This document shows, piece by piece, positions 28,717 to 46,734 of a DNA stretch of 64,000 nucleotides (position 1 is its first letter; the number at the start of each line of letters is the position of its first letter). A program made the translations under genes and the position numbers. The DNA is from the human T2T-CHM13v2.0 reference genome, Homo sapiens. The DNA lies in NCBI RefSeq assembly GCF_009914755.1, contig NC_060925.1, one strand, 5' to 3'. Below the pieces are notes generated by a model, which ran no database searches, was not told where the DNA came from, and saw only the letters and a program-made list of their open reading frames with translations.

Positions 28717-29117
28717 TAGTAGAGACGAGGTTTCACCATGTTGGCCAGGCTGGTCTCTAACTCCTGACCTCGTGATCCACCCACCTGGGCCAAAGTGATG
28801 GGATTACAGGCGTGAGCCACCGAGCCCTGCCAGGTTTTACTTTTTAAACAAAAATTTTTATTCAAGACACTGCTCTACATGACTCTACGTGATGTTAAAC
28901 CTTAACTAAAATTCCCTGAAGCTAGAGGTAATATATGCTTTTCTTTTTTTTCTTCTGAGATGGGAGTTTCGCTCTTGTTGCTCAGGTTGGAGTGCAGTGG
29001 AGAGATCTTGGCTCACTGCAATCTCCGCCCCCTGGTTTCAAGCAATTTTTCTGCCTCATCCTCCTGAGTAGCTGGCATTACAGGTGTGCGCCACCATACC
29101 CAGCTGATTTTTTTTGA

Positions 29118-29276
<159 letters not shown>

Positions 29277-29440
29277 TAGTACAGACGAGGTTTCACCATG
29301 TTGGCCAGGATGGTTTCCATCTCCTGACCTCAAGATCCACCCGCCTAGGCCTCCCAAAGTGCTGGGATGACAGCCATGAGCCACCACGTCTAGCCAGGCC
29401 TCTCATATTTGATACTACCTATTTCTTGCCCCCAAGATAC

Positions 29441-29558
29441 CTTATTTTCTTTAGGGTGCTGATCATATCATCCAATGCCTTGCGGTAAGCACTGATCACC
29501 ACTGTTGGGTGCATCTGCTGCTCCAGGAAGTGCTCAGCTACAGACAGCATTTCCCCTG
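29441..29558 (-). CDS. CCT3: CCT3 exon 6 (AGEMLSVAE...TLKKI)
   Basis: CAG/GTATC, 118 nt; tandem CAGCAG acceptor. Confidence 0.96.
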
Positions 29559-30005
29559 CTGAAAAAGATACAAGCACCATAGTAATATTTAAAGCATCTG
29601 GATATCAAGGCAAGTAACTTAATTATTCTTCCAAAAAATACTCTCCTAAATCAGACTCTCCCAAAAGGTATGACATTTGGCCATTCATACTATTCCAAAT
29701 TCTACACATTGTATAAGACGGCAATTTATACAGAAAACATCCTTGTTGCCCAGGCTAGGCATGGTGGCTCATACCTGTAATCCCAGAAATTCAAGATCAG
29801 CCTGGGCAACACAGTGAGACCCTGTCTTTACAAAAAAATTTAAAATTTAGCTTAGTGTGGTGGTATGAGCCTGCAGTCCCAGCTACTCAGGAGGCTGAGG
29901 TTAAGAGGATCACTTGAGCCCAGGAGGTTGAGGGTGCAATGAGCCATGACCGCACCATTGCACTCCAATCTGGGTGACAGAGTGAGACCCTATCTCAAAA
30001 AATAA

Positions 30006-30227
<222 letters not shown>

Positions 30228-30919
30228 TAGTAGAGACGGGTTTTACTATGTTGGTTGGCCAGGCTGGTCTCGAACTCGTGACCTCAGGTGATCTGTCCAC
30301 CTCGGCCACCCAAAGTGCTGGGATTACAGGCGTAAGCTACCACGCCTGGCCTTCTCTTGATCTTTCTAAAAAAAAATTTCCCTGAAGGCTCTAAAATAAA
30401 GAAAAATGCACAAAAGAAAAACTGACTTGTTTATTAGTACCTTTATACCTTAGGATGTAGTCAAACTGCTTGAACTAAAAACAAAACACACAAAACCCTA
30501 CCTCTGAAAGAATATTCAGGGCTGGATGCGGTAGCTCACACCTGTAATCCCAGCACTTTGGGAGGCTAGGGTGAGCAGATCACCTGAGCTCTGGAATTTT
30601 TAGACCAGCCTGAGAAACATAGCAAAACCCTGTCTCTACGAAAAAATTCAAAAATTAGCCAGGTATGGTGGCATGTGCCTGTAGCTACTTGGGAACCTGG
30701 GCTGGGAGGACTCATTGAGCCCAGAAGGTCAAGGCTGCAGTGAGCCGTGATCACACTATTGCACTCCAGCCTGGGCAATAGAGCAAGATTCTGTTTCAAA
30801 AAAATAAAAAATTAAAATTAGAAAATGTGCACAATTAAGGCTGGGTGTGGTGGCTCACATCTGTAATCCTAGCACTTTGGGAGGCCAAGGCAGATGGATT
30901 ACCTGAGGTCAGGAGTTCA

Positions 30920-31186
<267 letters not shown>

Positions 31187-31226
31187 TTATTGGTAAAACA
31201 TCTCCTTCTTTTAAAATTTGTCTTTA

Positions 31227-31682
<456 letters not shown>

Positions 31683-31727
31683 CTACCTGCTTACTGGCAG
31701 GTAAAATAAGCTTTTAAAAATGTACAT

Positions 31728-33483
31728 AGCCTCTCGCCTCTCCCCTCTCCCCTCTCCCTCTCCACGGTCTCCCTCTCCCTCTCTTTCCACGGTCTCCCTC
31801 TGATGCCGAGCTGAAGCTGGACTGTACTACTGCCATCTCGGCTCACTGCAACCTCCCTGCCTGATTCTCCTGCCTCAGCCTGCCGAGTGCCTGCGATTGC
31901 AGGCGCGCGCCGCCACGCCTGACTGGTTTTCGTATTTTTTTGGTGGAGACGGGGTTTCGCTGTGTTGGCCGGGCTGGTCTCCAGCTCCTAACCGCGAGTG
32001 ATCCGCCAGCCCCGGCCTCCCGAGGTGCCGGGATTGCAGACGGAGTCTCGTTCACTCAGTGCTCAATGGTGCCCAGGCTGGAGTGCAGTGGCGTGATCTC
32101 GGCTCGCTACAACCACCTCCCAGCCGCCTGCCTTGGCCTCCCAAAGAGCCGAGATTGCAGCCTCTGCCCGGCCGCCACCCCGTCTGGGAAGTGAGGAGCG
32201 TCTCTGCCTGGCCGCCCATCGTCTGGGATGTGAGGAGCCCCTCTGCCTGGCTGCCCAGTCTGGAAAGTGAGGAGCTTCTCTGCCCGGCCGCCATCCCATC
32301 TAGGAAGTGAGGAGCGTCTCTGCCCGGCCGCCCATCGTCTGGGATGTGGGGAGCACCTCTGCCCCACCGCCCCGTCTGGGATGTGAGGAGCGCCTCTGCC
32401 CAGCCGCGACCCCGTCTGGGAGGTGAGGAGACCCTCTGCCTGGCAACCGCCCTGTCTGAGAAGTGAGGAGCCCCTCCGTCCGGCAGCCACCCCGTCCGGG
32501 AGGGAGGTGGGGGTCAGCCCCCCACCCGGCCAGCCGCCCCGTCCGGGAGGTGAGGGGCGCCTCTGCCTGGCCTCCCCTACTGGGAAGTGAGGAGCCCCTC
32601 TGCCCGGCCAGCCGCCCCGTCCGGGAGGGAGGCGGGGGGGTCAGCCCCCCGCCCGGCCAGCCGCCCCATCTGGCAGGGAGGTGGGGGGGTCAGCCCCCCG
32701 CCCAGCCAGCCGCCCCGTCCGGGAGGTGAGGGGCGCCTCTGCCTGGCCACCCCTACTGGGAAGTGAGGAGCCCCTCTGCCCAGCCAGCCGCCCCGTCCGG
32801 GAGGGAGGTGGGGGGGGTCAGTCCCCCCGTCCGGGAGGGAGGTAGGGGGGTCAGCCCCCGGCCCGGCCAGCCGCCCCATCCGGGAGGTGAGGGGCGCTTC
32901 TGCCCGGCTGCCCCTACTGGGAAGTGAGGAGCCCCTCTGCCCGGCCACGACCCTGTCTGGGAGGTCTACCCAACAGCTCATTGAGAACGGGCCATGATGA
33001 CAATGGCGGTTTTGTGGAATAGAAAGGCGGGAAAGGTGGGGAAAAGATTGAGAAATCGGATGGTTGCCGTGTCTGTGTAGAGAGAAGTAGACATGGGAGA
33101 CTTTTCATTTTGTTCTGTACTAAGAAAAATTCTTCTGCCTTGGGATCCTGTTGATCTGTGACCTTACCCCCAACCCTGTGCTCTCTGAAACATGTGCTGT
33201 GTCCACTCAGGGTTAAATGGATTAAGGGCGGTGCAAGATGTGCTTTGTTAAACAGATGCTTGAAGGCAGCATGCTCGTTAAGAGTCATCACCACTCCCTA
33301 ATCTTAAGTACCCAGGGACACAAACACTGCGGAAGGCAGCAGGGTCCTCTGCCCAGGAAAACCAGAGACCTTTGTTCATTTGTTTATCTGCTGACCTTCC
33401 CTCCACTATTGTCCTATGACCCTGCCAAATCCCCCTCTGCGAGAAACACCCAAGAATGATCAATAAAAATAAAAATAAAAAAA
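31728..33483 (+). mobile_element. SVA retrotransposon in CCT3 intron 5, antisense to CCT3
   Basis: Short CCCTCT head, Alu-like region, GC-rich VNTR (~32160-32960), SINE-R, AATAAA (33462) and A-tail; TSD AAAAATGTACAT at 31716-31727 and 33484-33495 at a TTTT/AAAA L1-endonuclease site. Confidence 0.97.
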
Positions 33484-33595
33484 AAAAATGTACATGTTAT
33501 TCATTAGTATGTGCTCCAGTGTTTGAATTCAATATATTTTGTTTCAATTCCAAAGTGTCAATCATGTATATTGAAAGAAAAATAATCAAAAAATA

Positions 33596-37958
<4,363 letters not shown>

Positions 37959-38157
37959 TTAGTTTATCAGCCAGATTTGCATAGCTCACCCTATTCATAT
38001 AAATGTTTTATACCCAACTGGAGAGAATACATAGAAAATAACCAATAAGCTATTTAAATATCTGTAATTAGTGGATCTGTAACAGAATTTCCTTCTTAAA
38101 ATATGACACAGGTGTTACTTCTAATTTTTCCTTATCAACCTCTTATTCTCCTCTTAC

Positions 38158-38254
38158 CAAGAATAATTACTGATGTGGTCCCATCTCCAACCTCTTCATC
38201 CTGGGTCCGGCTAATTTCGATCATGGACTTGGCCGCTGGATGCTGGACTTGAAT
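38158..38254 (-). CDS. CCT3: CCT3 exon 5 (IQVQHPAAK...[10 protein letters not shown])
   Basis: TAG/GTAAGA, 97 nt; ATP-binding motif GDGTT. Confidence 0.97.
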
Positions 38255-38522
38255 CTAAAAAGGTAGATCACTAGTGAATTCACACTATTCAAAGACCTCT
38301 GAACTCATGAAGCTTGGCCCTAACTCTTGGGCTTCTTGCTTCTATACGTACTTACTTTCCCTTTAATGTTTTACCATATCTTGAAAGATTAAAATTGGCA
38401 CCCCAAATAGCTTAAGTAAACCACTTTCCAAATCCTTTTTGGGAAAAAGTGTATTACATGAACTCAACTATTAAAGCTGCCAGAGGACAGAACGATATCT
38501 TTTAGCTTATTTACTGGAAGCA

Positions 38523-39246
38523 CTATTGTGGCTGAATTGTGTTCTTCAGTAAGATACGTTGAAGCCAGCTGGGCATGGTGGCTCACATCTGTAATCTCAG
38601 CACTTTGGGAGGCGGAGGCAGGTGGATCGCCTGAGGTCAGGAGTTCGAGACCAGCCTGGCCAACATGGGGAAACCCTGTCTCTACTAAAAGTACAAAAAT
38701 TAAGCCGGGTGTGGTGGCATGCGCTTGTAATTCCAGCTAATCAGGAGGCTGAGGCAGAAGAATTGCTTGAACCCATGAGGCGGAGGCTGCAGTGAGCCGA
38801 GATCACATCACTGTACTCCAGCCTGGGTGACAAGAGCGAGACTCCGTCTCAAAAAAAAAAAAAAAAAAGATATGTTGAAGTCATAACTCCCAGAACCTGT
38901 GAATTTTACTTTATTTTAAAATAGGGTTTTTGCAGATGTAACCAAGTTAGATAAGGTCATTCTGAATTAGGGTGGGCTCGAAGACCAATCACCGGTGTCC
39001 TTGTGTAAGAGACACACAAGGGGAATAACATGAAGACCAAGGCAGAGACCAAGTTCATGCCAAAGAAAGCCAGCAACCATCAGAAGGGAGAAGCGGAGTT
39101 CTTCCCTAGAGACTTCAGAAGGAGCATGGCCCTACTGACGCCTTTATTTCAGACTTCTAGCTTCATTCTATAAGATAATAAATTTCTGTTGTTGAAGCCA
39201 ACCAGTTTCTGGTAATCTGTTATAGCAGCCCTAAAAAACTAATCAG
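38523..39246 (+). mobile_element. MLT1-type MaLR LTR with an Alu (38565-38868) inserted
   Basis: GCTGAATTGTG...TTTGCAGATGTAACCAAGTTAG...AATAAATTTCTGTTGTTGAAGCC...TTATAGCAGCCCTA; Alu TSD AGATA(C/T)GTTGAAG. Confidence 0.75.
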
Positions 39247-39323
39247 AGCCTGTATCTTAACAGGTCCTTTATGTTTACAGAACTGTCAGAAAGCAAAAAA
39301 ACAAAACCAAAAACAAAACACAC

Positions 39324-39386
39324 CTCTCGAAGAATGGCATTGCCATCATTGGTCATCACAATGCCTCCCATTGGGTCCAAAAGCAT
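39324..39386 (-). CDS. CCT3: CCT3 exon 4 (MLLDPMGGIVMTNDGNAILRE)
   Basis: TAG/GTGTGT, 63 nt; TNDG motif. Confidence 0.97.
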
Positions 39387-39478
39387 CTAAGATGAAAGCA
39401 AAAGTTATATTTAAAGTGTCCTAGATAACAGGAAGAAAAAAATTGTAGCCTAAGAGTTTTAGGAAGAGATAAGCCTAC

Positions 39479-39529
39479 CTTCATCATGGACTTGGGTCCC
39501 AAACATGTTCGGATGATATCTGCAATAGT
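39479..39529 (-). CDS. CCT3: CCT3 exon 3 (TIADIIRTCLGPKSMMK)
   Basis: TAG/GTAGG, 51 nt; LGP motif. Confidence 0.97.
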
Positions 39530-39634
39530 CTAATGGAAAGGGAACATAAAATACGCAAGCACAAATCAGAGGACAGTGTGAGAAATGTTGGAGTAATAGG
39601 GAAAAGGGGCATGAACAACCCACAGAGTCAGTGT

Positions 39635-39783
39635 TTTATTTTATTTTAATTTTATTTTATTTTTAGATATGGGGTCTCACCATGTTGCTCGGGCTGGTCT
39701 CAAACCCCTGGGCCCAAGTGATCCACCTGCCTCAGCCTCCCAAAGTGTTGGGATTAGAGGCGTGAGCCATTCCGCCCAGCCAG
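39635..39783 (-). mobile_element. Alu monomer (FLAM/left arm) in CCT3 intron 2
   Basis: TSD CAGAGTCAGTGTTTT on both sides. Confidence 0.9.
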
Positions 39784-40437
39784 AGTCAGTGTTTTTAATG
39801 ACACCCCTAAAGCATGGTTAGCCATCACTTTAGACATAGCATGCCACTTTAGATATAGGATGTGGCTAGCTCTGTTGTTTTTCTCCCCTTGGGAATGCTT
39901 TCAGAATGGATACAGAAATGACTTTTCACAAGAATAAGGGGGAAATGGCTCCCAGAGCTTGTTTCCCAGCAGTCCTAATTACTAGAAGTCCATGTCTTAG
40001 TATTTCTTTCCATGACGGTGGCCTCTACACCATCCTAAATCAGATATAAGGCTATTTCACTATTTCATTCAAAAGACATTTACCGAATATCTATCCAAGA
40101 TCTACGGTGGGCACTAGGAATACAAAAGGGAATAAAGTACTTATGTTCAAGTAACTCAGTTTAGTATGGGAGACAAACACAAATAGAATACTATAAAACA
40201 ATACACAGCAACAGAATAATGCACAAGTTAATACGAGAAGATTATCAGTCCTAACTCAGAAGGGGAGGGCTTCCTTTCCCCTAACATCATCAGGAAAATG
40301 TTCTGAAAGAGGTCAACTTTTCCTCTGCCTATTTGCCTACTCTATAAAGTCTAGATGCACAGGACACATGGCTATGACCAAATACCAGGAAAGATAGCTG
40401 GAGGCAAACTACCATAAACACTTAAAAGATTTGTGAC

Positions 40438-40499
40438 CTTGGCAGCATTGATGTTTCCAGATTGAACTTTTCTTCCGGATTCACGCTTTGTGTTCTGGC
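40438..40499 (-). CDS. CCT3: CCT3 exon 2 (SQNTKRESG...NAAK)
   Basis: TAG/GTCAC, 62 nt. Confidence 0.96.
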
Positions 40500-40803
40500 C
40501 TAAAATAGACAAAAACACAAGTCAACAGCCCAGGACTGCCCCATCGTACACAAGCTATTTATTTCCCCGTCTTTGAAAAATAAGAATGCAGGTTTCATGG
40601 TATATCCACAGAGCAAAGCTTATCAAACTCTACACTTTAAATAAGTGCAGTTTATTATATGTCAACCATATCTCAAAAAACTGTAAACATATGTCCTTAT
40701 GGCTGTTAACTTCCTTCTGTATTTCAATCCTTGGTATATTAAGAAATAACTTTGGAATCTTGGTTAATACTTTTCTTCTAACCAAATATTCCTATATTTA
40801 CAG

Positions 40804-40968
40804 CAGGGATTCATAACCTGAGATCTATGAATGGGCCTTAGTGGGATAGCGAACTCCCTGAGATTATGTGAGAAAATGAGAGATACTGCAATTTTTTTTT
40901 TTTCCGGAAAGAGGATCCACAACTATTATCAGATTCTCAAAGGGCTGGTGACCCTAAGAAATGACCAT
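40804..40968 (+). mobile_element. MER103-like hAT MITE fragment
   Basis: CAGGGATTCATAACCTG...ATCAGATTCTCAAAGGG...GTGACCC. Confidence 0.45.
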
Positions 40969-41720
40969 TCATTGCTTTGCGTAAGCAGGGAAAGAGTTTG
41001 GGGATTCACATTTTTCTGCTTGGATAGGGGGATCATACTCTAACAGGTCCAGCATAATTAGTGATAGCGCCCCCACAGCATACTGTTTAGAACACACTCA
41101 ACAGTTTGCAAGATAAATTATATAGTCACCTCATAATTGGATGTAATAAGAAGGCCTCAGTAACCCATTTACCATCACTAAGAACTGACTACATACTTTA
41201 ACTGGGAGGCTAATCGGTCACAGCCAACTAATGCCAGAGATTAATGCAGACCTGAAAGGAGCTTTGCAAATACACCACTCACCCCCAGGCCATGTCAGTG
41301 GAGACAAGCCAGTGGTTATAACCAAACCAACATAATGTTTATTTCCTTCCTCTCTCTAAATTACCTTCCTTTACAATTTAAGTCTGTAAATCTTTCAATC
41401 CAGTCCCATCAAACCAAAACACCCACAATGCTTAGGATTTACATCTATCTCAGGGAGCTGTAACCAAAAACCTGCATGGACCTACAATCCATCAGAAAGA
41501 AGGCGGCTTTTTTTTTTCAAAATAGCGTTTTTATTTTATTTTTTTCCTTAAAAGTTATTTCCCAGGTACAGAGATAATGAATAATAACTCTGAAAGGCAG
41601 TCAGTATACAGAAGACGGTAAGGGAGGGGAGATGGCTAGCCAGGCTCTGCAGATGAGGTACAGAAGTTACACACAGAATGGAAACATACCAAAGGAAGAC
41701 AATGGAGGTGGTGCTCATCA

Positions 41721-42195
<475 letters not shown>

Positions 42196-42764
42196 TCAAG
42201 AGACTGTTACTGAAAATAAATGTAACGTAAAGTGACCAAGGATATTACCTATTTACCAGACCCTCTTTAAGCAGTCTACCGACTTACCTCATTTAATTCT
42301 CACAATTCTACTAGGAAATACTGTTAACTCCGTAATACAGATTGAAACATTTAAATTACCGCTACTAAGGGATGGGCCAAGAATATAAAGCTAGACCTAA
42401 CTGAAAAAAAAACAAAAAAAAACGTTATTCGTGCAGCTACATAGCGACAATCAGGCTAGAAAGGGCGCAGGGGCGGGGGAAGCGTGGGGGCTGAGGGACA
42501 GAACGCGGAGTGGGAAAGAGCTTCCCAAGACGAGCACACGTCAAGGAAAGAGGCTCGGCGAGAATAAGGCCAGTTTGAGTTTGTGCAGAGAAGCGAACAG
42601 GTTAAGAGAAGAGAGGAAAGCGGGACACTGGGCTTCCAAAATGAAGACGATGATTGGAAGGCTCAGTGGCCCGGTCAGTGGGGGACGGAGCTGGGGCAAC
42701 ACTGAAAAGTATGGACAGAAGAGGGCGAAAAGGGGGTCCATTTCCTGGCATCCCCAGAACTCAC

Positions 42765-42795
42765 TGAGCACGAGCACTGGACGATGGCCCATCAT
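42765..42795 (-). CDS. CCT3: CCT3 (T-complex protein 1 subunit gamma) exon 1, coding part MMGHRPVLVL
   Basis: Kozak-context GCCATGATG, donor A|GTGAGT; 14 exons join to a 545-aa group II chaperonin. Confidence 0.97.
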
Positions 42796-42840
42796 GGCGA
42801 CGCGATGCAGAGCCGGGTACCCAGAGCTGGGGGAACCGGC

Positions 42841-42855
42841 AGAACCTTCTGGAGA
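42841..42855. promoter_or_regulatory. Heat-shock-element-like nGAAnnTTCnnGAG in the CCT3 5' UTR
   Basis: aGAAccTTCtgGAGa: two perfect and one imperfect inverted pentamer; chaperonin genes are HSF targets. Confidence 0.5.
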
Positions 42856-43089
42856 GAGAGAACCAGACAGAAGCCCAGAAAACGCTGCCTCCTCAGGGCT
42901 TACACCTCAACCCGCTACTCTCAAGGTAGTCGCCAATCACCGCACCCATCTCATTGATCGGCACAAAAACAGACCAATTGACAGCCTTAGTCCCGCCCCC
43001 TACGCAAGAACGGCCAGACAAGTTAGACAGAGAGCGCACGACGAAGGCACTGGGAGGGCACAGGCGCTTGCGCAGTAGGGTGGCCGCTC

Positions 43090-43216
43090 CCGGCCGCGTG
43101 CAGCGCGAACGTCGGCGCAGGCGCCAAGGCTCTGGCAGTTGGCCAGCACACCACTACGCATGTGTGTCAACTCTAGGGTTGGGTGCTGGGGTTGCGGCTT
43201 TCGGTTAACACCGCAG
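43090..43216 (+). other. TSACC: Probable non-coding first exon of TSACC (start approximate)
   Basis: Strong donor CAG|GTGAGG at 43216/43217 inside the CpG island; matching acceptor TTTTTCCTCTGCAG|44245. Confidence 0.55.
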
Positions 43217-43558
43217 GTGAGGTCGTTAAACTGTGTATTGCGACTCGGCTCCTATCGGACCGTGAAGGCTAAGAAAGGCTTCACAGTTCCCACTCTTTTG
43301 GTCTAGCCTTAGCAACAGGTGGACTAGAGAGGCGGGACTCCAGCCAGCACATGGGGGAAAGACCTGCCGGCTTGGCGCAGGGTGAAGTGGGAGTTGTAGT
43401 CTTACCGGGCCGGACTGCGCAGCCTTTTTCCGGGCACACTGGGAGTTGTGGTTTATCGCCTCTGGACTAATGGCTGTATGTGGACTTTTCCCTTCTTAGG
43501 AAATGCTTTCAGTGAGGCTGTGAGCAGTACCGGAGGGTGATGGCTTGCGTTTCCTTAA

Positions 43559-43657
<99 letters not shown>

Positions 43658-43768
43658 TGAGGTCAGGAGTTCGAGACCAGCGTGGCCAACATGGCGAAAC
43701 CCCGTCTCTACTAAAAATACAAAAATTAGCCGGGCGTGGTGGCGCGCGCCTGTAATCCCAGCTACTCA

Positions 43769-43954
<186 letters not shown>

Positions 43955-44368
43955 TTAGTTAGAGATGATGGGGAGCCAGAGTTTTAAAATTACCATTCGG
44001 GATAGGAGAAGGACTTATCATACCGTGGAAATTAAACATGGTGAGAACACGGAAAGTAACTGCCTGTTCGTCAGAGACGTTTAAGGTTTGGGTTTGGTTA
44101 AATTACTATTTTGTCCAGAAAAAAAAGGAAGCACTAAAGGAAAACTGTTTTCCAAACTAGTGAAGGGGCCGTGAGAGCACCAACAGTTCAAGAACAGTCA
44201 CCTGTTTGGCCATGAAATAGAGTTTCCTACTTTTTCCTCTGCAGATTGGAACAGGCTGAGATCTGCTGGAGACAACTTAGGAAATTATCATAGTGAAAAT
44301 ACTAACATGGATTGTTGATCATCTGATGCTATGATTCTTTCCCAGGCACCACACCTGTTGGTGTTCAG

Positions 44369-44402
44369 ATGGAGCGGCACACTAGTCATCCTAACAGAAA
44401 AG
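44369..44402 (+). CDS. TSACC: TSACC first coding exon (MERHTSHPNRK)
   Basis: ATG at 44369, donor G|GTGTGT; exon acceptor at 44244/44245. Confidence 0.88.
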
Positions 44403-45091
44403 GTGTGTGTTGGAGGCCCTGCTTCCCCTCCCTTAAAAAGCAAGACCTCCTTTGCATTCCCCACTAAATGGGAGCATTGCTGTATTCCCAGCACCTAGAA
44501 CTGGATCTGTTAAATAGTAGATGCTCAGTAATTATTTGTTAAATGAATTTATTATTCTTCCTTTGTATCTCCTCTTAATACTTAGAACAAGACTATGTAC
44601 AGGATCTTAGAAGACATGGTGTTAACTAGAGTGAAGAGATACTGAGTTGTAGTGGGACAGCCCCATTGGTGGGCCAGGGAAATGCCTGAGGCCTTCTGAC
44701 TCCAGAGCCTATCCACTTAACTTTAGCTGGATCAGATTATCTGAAAGACCTACCATTCCATAGCCTGGACATAATTTTTTTTTTGTTTAGACGGAGTCTC
44801 GCTCTGTCACCCAGGCTGGGGTGCAGAGGCACCATCTCTGCTCACTGCAAGCTCCGTCTCCTGGGTTCACGCCATTCTCCTGCCTCGGCCTCCTGAGTAG
44901 CTGGGACTGCAGGCACCTGCCACCATGCCCGGCTAATTTTTTTGTGTTTTTAGTAGAGACGGGGTTTCACCGTGTCAGCCAGGATGGTCTTAATCTCCTG
45001 ACCTTGTGATCCAACTGCCTTGGACTCCCAAAGTGCTGGGATTACAGGTGTGAGCTACCGCCCCCGGCCTTTTTTTTTTTTTTTTTTTTGA

Positions 45092-46176
<1,085 letters not shown>

Positions 46177-46455
46177 CTTTTATTATCATATCCTCTGTTC
46201 TGCCTCCTTTTGCCTCTCTCCACCCTCATCCTCTGTTATACATTGTCAGAAATACAGCTCCTTTAGTATAGAGTGTGTGTAAAGCAGTCTCTTTCTTTAA
46301 TTAAAAAACAATTTTTAATTTCTCATGCCACCTTGTGTAAAAATGTGTAAAGCATTCTTCAAACCTTATAACCCAGTATAAAATGCATTCTTGGCCGGGC
46401 GCAGTGGCTCACGCTTGTAATCCCAGCACTTTGGAAGGCTGAGGCAGGCAGATCA

Positions 46456-46734
<279 letters not shown>

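Larger units (their letters stand above)
42430..43470. promoter_or_regulatory. CpG-rich bidirectional promoter CCT3/TSACC
   Basis: CpG-dense; CCAAT boxes (~42933, ~42974), GC box CCCGCCCC (42992-42999), NRF1-like GCGCTTGCGCA (43064-43074), two ZNF143/Staf-type motifs TGGGAGTTGTAGT (43388-43400) and TGGGAGTTGTGGT (43440-43452). Confidence 0.85.

Noticed and set aside
32160-32960. Repeat array with variable units, superficially CRISPR-like
   Set aside because: It is the SVA VNTR: no unique spacers, eukaryotic context, no cas genes.
31843-33463. ORFs of 61-134 aa on both strands, including MVMTLNEHAAFKHLFNKAHLAPP…
   Set aside because: Generic SVA VNTR and SINE-R translations.
41283-41618. Exon-like signals in CCT3 intron 1 (minus donor GGG|GTGAGT at 41283; plus-strand CAG…|GTAAGG pair near 41566-41618)
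   Set aside because: Partner sites are weak or have no plausible transcript; cannot be supported from sequence alone.
42431-43078. 215-aa plus-strand ORF across the CCT3 promoter
   Set aside because: GTG start, GC-rich and antisense to CCT3 exon 1, no recognisable domain.
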